A stretch of 60,846 nt of DNA from an uncultured Paludibacter sp. (GTDB lineage Bacteria > Bacteroidota > Bacteroidia > Bacteroidales > Paludibacteraceae): contig LR026962.1 in NCBI GenBank assembly GCA_900498215.1, positions 1,312,679 through 1,373,524 on the forward strand, in the 5' to 3' direction. Of the stretch, positions 58,601-60,846 are shown piece after piece. The number at the start of each line of letters is the position of its first letter. Within the stretch, counting starts at the first letter, position 1. The translations under genes were made by a program, and so were the position numbers. The notes under the pieces were generated by a model that had not been told where the DNA came from, ran no database searches, and saw nothing but the letters and a program-made list of their open reading frames with translations.

Positions 58601-59853
58601 ATCTCATCTAAAACAGGCTTTATATTTACTTTCCCAAAGTTGCCTGAAGCATTCAAATAACCTGTAACTCTTTGTTTAATCAATGTTATATCGAAAGTTG
58701 CTAAATCCAGCCGGTTATTTAAAACAATTGATTTATTTAAATCTCCTTCGATGTTGGCTAACAGCGTTTTAGGCTCAACACCTTCACCTTTAGCTTTCAA
58801 ACTTCCCGTAAGAATATATTTCATTTGCGAGTTATTTAACCAGTCCCGCAAATCAATATTTTCAAAATCTCCATCTAAATTATAGGTAACAATTACATCG
58901 TTCTTTTTGAAGTATTTCTGCAATATATTTTTCGCATTGAAAGTCGCTTCCAGTTTCTGGACTTTATCTTTTACATTCAGCTTAAAATGTACGATGGTGT
59001 CGGCTTGCGCGTTCATTGTAATTTCCGGATGTAACTTCAATTCCACATCTGGGAAAAAACATTTTATTTCTTCCAAATGCAACGGCGCAGTTTTTATACT
59101 TAAAACCGATTTTGAATTAAAATTCGGAACATATTCAATATCAGCTTTTATTTCATTTAAAGCTGTTTTTAATCGAAATTTTTCTATACTGATAGAATTT
59201 GTATCTCGAGTCGCAGAAAAAGTGAGTTTATTTAAAACAAAATCCGGTTCTTTTGTTACAAAGTGCATATTTTTTAAGTCCAACTTTTGTTTCTTATTGG
59301 AATAAATTGCCGAAATATCTGTAAAAAAATGGTTTACTCGTTTTGGAATTTGTTTAATAATCGAAGAAATTATGATTGTTCCATCATTTATTTTTACACT
59401 TTTAGCATTAATAATCATATTAAAAGAAGAAGGAGCTGTGTCTTTTTTCTCCGAAGGTCTTACAATTTTCATTATATTCCACGTAGAATCAGAATACTGT
59501 TTTAAAGAAAAATACGGTTTTTCCAACTCCACAGAATTTATCTTTATTGTCCCTCCTAATAAAGATAAAAGATTGTATCTCAAACGTATAATCGGGATAA
59601 AAGTTATCGTATCAGATTTGTTTTTTTCTTTTAATAAAATATCTTTGACATAAATATGGGTAAAAAAATCTCCCTCAATTCTTCCAATTTTTGAATCGGC
59701 AATCAATATTTTATTCAATTGGCTTTGAGCGACCTGGGCAATTTTATTTTTCACTGCTCGCGTTTGCAAAGCAACGCCTGCTGCTATCATCAAAATAAAA
59801 ATTCCGATAATAAACCACATTAAAATTCGTAATATGATTTTTAATACTTTCAT
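55657..59853 (-). CDS. tamB: Translocation and assembly module protein TamB (DUF490/AsmA-like)
   Basis: 1398 aa. N-terminal TM anchor, a long beta-rich repeat body and a C-terminal DUF490-like region (GKYITNKLFMSYE). It lies directly downstream of a BamA/TamA-family gene. Confidence 0.85.
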   Translation of the reverse strand: MKVLKIILRILMWFIIGIFILMIAAGVALQTRAVKNKIAQVAQSQLNKILIADSKIGRIEGDFFTHIYVKDILLKEKNKSDTITFIPIIRLRYNLLSLLGGTIKINSVELEKPYFSLKQYSDSTWNIMKIVRPSEKKDTAPSSFNMIINAKSVKINDGTIIISSIIKQIPKRVNHFFTDISAIYSNKKQKLDLKNMHFVTKEPDFVLNKLTFSATRDTNSISIEKFRLKTALNEIKADIEYVPNFNSKSVLSIKTAPLHLEEIKCFFPDVELKLHPEITMNAQADTIVHFKLNVKDKVQKLEATFNAKNILQKYFKKNDVIVTYNLDGDFENIDLRDWLNNSQMKYILTGSLKAKGEGVEPKTLLANIEGDLNKSIVLNNRLDLATFDITLIKQRVTGYLNASGNFGKVNIKPVLDEIFEKNPKYNLNVYTQRLNLAKLMNNKQLNSNINFEGNVYGVGINPQTMRTTVKGNFTNTTVYQQTFNTLNVNIKLAEQNLTGQLNGFGNFGTIKIAPNVKKIFSNNPSYTLDLQTQCLNLAKVLNDTSFNSNINLVATFDGVGFDPEKMHVNANMKLDSSSAKGVNIDDLHTKFTFANNQVNIKELSVKTSTLDMFASGVYSMKGNSDLNVKAKIKDGTEISQLANLENFETQGGSVDAHVIGHPKELYADVVFDFDTTKYNNLYFENLKGNAATNLMAKKKTLDGNINVKNFKTGNYTFNSINLSAKSKNNATDLQLNADGTEIETKLTSSLELGDETNVGLSDFMLNYKNNEWKLASPQAYIKIGKNEYVVQDMKLISTDGDSIQVIYADGTISKSGNQDMKIQLQNIDLHKIMDMLNINYKINGNLYLDMTLKGTAINPLLTANYNIKNTTLSDYSFPYFDGSLNYNANKLGIKSDIVSQDSGKLKVDGTLPFEMRLDSMKFNVEKNKSLVAQLKVEKFPLEIVKLFQPIDEVKGSLDGDVLVEGTLENPNPTGEFRLTEGALKWKKYGIDYRTMLANINIQTDKIGVDTFYIRSKDGYMSAKGNAGFKSQFYLGNFKDSKINVKFRNFNPFDHRLFNAEMSGDLKLQGVRDSLVFDGNIKMLQSLFYIPAVMNLFGKTSAPEISKPVLVSELENMHIRPDSVIFTLPYDSVQAKDEISFNLFKSLQGKLKLNIPRNTWIKNEQLRIELMGDLDVYKYRDYFELFGTVDVVRGQYELLGKTFVVKSGSLAFEGGKEINPTLNIDASYTLRTQDKAQRDLRILATGTLQKPELDFTLDGETLSEGDAVSYILFGTSMDNLTSQQQLSTGSSITAQGVAGTAAASLISSQLTKLLGNTLSVDYIEFKTSGSFDQASFVVGKYITNKLFMSYERRFGNYKDDNLNEYEVRLEYELFKFLFLQLTSSPISNGIDAIVKLNSK

Positions 59854-59856
59854 TTA

Positions 59857-60846
59857 CTAAAATGCTTGTCCTACATTTATGAAAAATTGAGGTGTTTTTT
59901 TCGTATTTCTAATAGGCATTCCTAAATCCAAACGAATTGGACCAATTGGCGTTTCAAATCTAACCCCAACGCCTGCCGCATAAGCCAGGTCATTGAACCT
60001 ATAATAATAAGATTGCTCCCAAACATTTCCTGCATCTAAAAAAACAGCTCCGTCAATAATCCAAAACAATGGACGACGAATTTCTGCACTCATTTCTACA
60101 ATGCTTTTTCCTCCTTTGGGTTTACCGTTTTCTTCCCATAAAGGACCCAGCATTGAACGCCCCCAACCACGTATGGAGTTACTTCCTCCTGAATAAAAAC
60201 GGTCTTCAACCGGTACAAATCCATCCGTGTCTTTTGAATGAATTCCGCCAATCATTCCACGTAAAGCTAATACAAAGGAATTTCCCAAGTATTGATATTT
60301 TCGAGCATCCAACCACAATTTGGTATAACTAAAATCACCTCCGAAGAAATATCCGTTAAATTTAGCTCCAATTCCTAAAGATACGCCTTTTCTGGGAGAA
60401 AATTGAGGATAAGCCGTAGTATAGCTGAAAGCCCCCATTAAACCCGACTTATTATATAAAAATTTCTGAGTATAATCTATGGCAGGAATATCTGTAACGG
60501 TATCATTTAGATTTTGCCAAACACGCTCGTAATAATAAGTAAGAGTAGCATTTAAACGTTCGTTAAATTTATAATTCAAGGGAGTTGTTATACCTAAAGT
60601 TTTTGTATCATACGCGGGCTCTATTTGCCGTCGAAAATATGGACTAATTGTAAGCGAGAGTTGTTTGTGGAAGAAACGCGGCTCAATAAAACTTAAGCTG
60701 ACATTATAAGGTTCTATGGCAGAATGTTTTACGTAAAAAACCAGTCGTCTTGCATTGCCAAAAAAACTTCGATAAGTTGCGCGTGCATAAGTCCTAAACT
60801 TTTCTTCCGTACCATAACCTACACCAAATTCAGTGCTTAAGCGTGG
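59857..60846 (-). CDS. tamA: BamA/TamA-family outer-membrane protein (C-terminal barrel; 5' end outside the window)
   Basis: The ORF-track M at 60579 is a TTG. I read the same frame upstream to 60846 with no stop, so the gene is truncated by the window. Surface-antigen (D15) barrel motifs FYSGGSNSIRGW and DAGNVW are present, with a terminal ...INVGQAF. Confidence 0.8.
   Translation of the reverse strand, partial: PRLSTEFGVGYGTEEKFRTYARATYRSFFGNARRLVFYVKHSAIEPYNVSLSFIEPRFFHKQLSLTISPYFRRQIEPAYDTKTLGITTPLNYKFNERLNATLTYYYERVWQNLNDTVTDIPAIDYTQKFLYNKSGLMGAFSYTTAYPQFSPRKGVSLGIGAKFNGYFFGGDFSYTKLWLDARKYQYLGNSFVLALRGMIGGIHSKDTDGFVPVEDRFYSGGSNSIRGWGRSMLGPLWEENGKPKGGKSIVEMSAEIRRPLFWIIDGAVFLDAGNVWEQSYYYRFNDLAYAAGVGVRFETPIGPIRLDLGMPIRNTKKTPQFFINVGQAF

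Overview
Low-GC Bacteroidota-type chromosomal window. The assignment rests on a SprA type IX secretion translocon next to ruvA, TonB-dependent receptor plus lipoprotein pairs, TAnnTTTG-type -7 promoter boxes and the absence of Shine-Dalgarno sites. Most of it is conserved housekeeping: ggt, an amino-acid permease, an OadA/PycB-like carboxyltransferase, ppk2, grpE-dnaJ, dsbD, sprA, ruvA, pfk, an M23 peptidase, rlmN, a CDF transporter, rplY-pth-hslR, rfbA/C/D and tamB plus a tamA-like gene. No rRNA, tRNA or CRISPR array was seen by eye. Four regions look accessory or unusual. (1) The left edge holds a truncated IS5-type transposase followed by serial decayed duplications of the ggt 5' end. (2) At 3.2-5.3 kb, a structured ~96-nt repeat made of three phased palindromic boxes sits directly after successive stop codons and brackets small AT-rich genes (PD40 propeller, GNAT, cupin) in a cassette-like layout. 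(3) One 1144-aa polypeptide fuses GH18-like, CE4 deacetylase and GT2 synthase modules. (4) At 43.2-50.2 kb, a very A+T-rich same-strand block encodes a lipoprotein-anchored Reg_prop propeller / TM / coiled-coil protein with no recognisable output domain, followed by five or six small membrane or secreted ORFans. Everything was read by eye from the sequence and the ORF track. No database search, GC calculation or RNA folding was run, so family names are motif-based recognitions.
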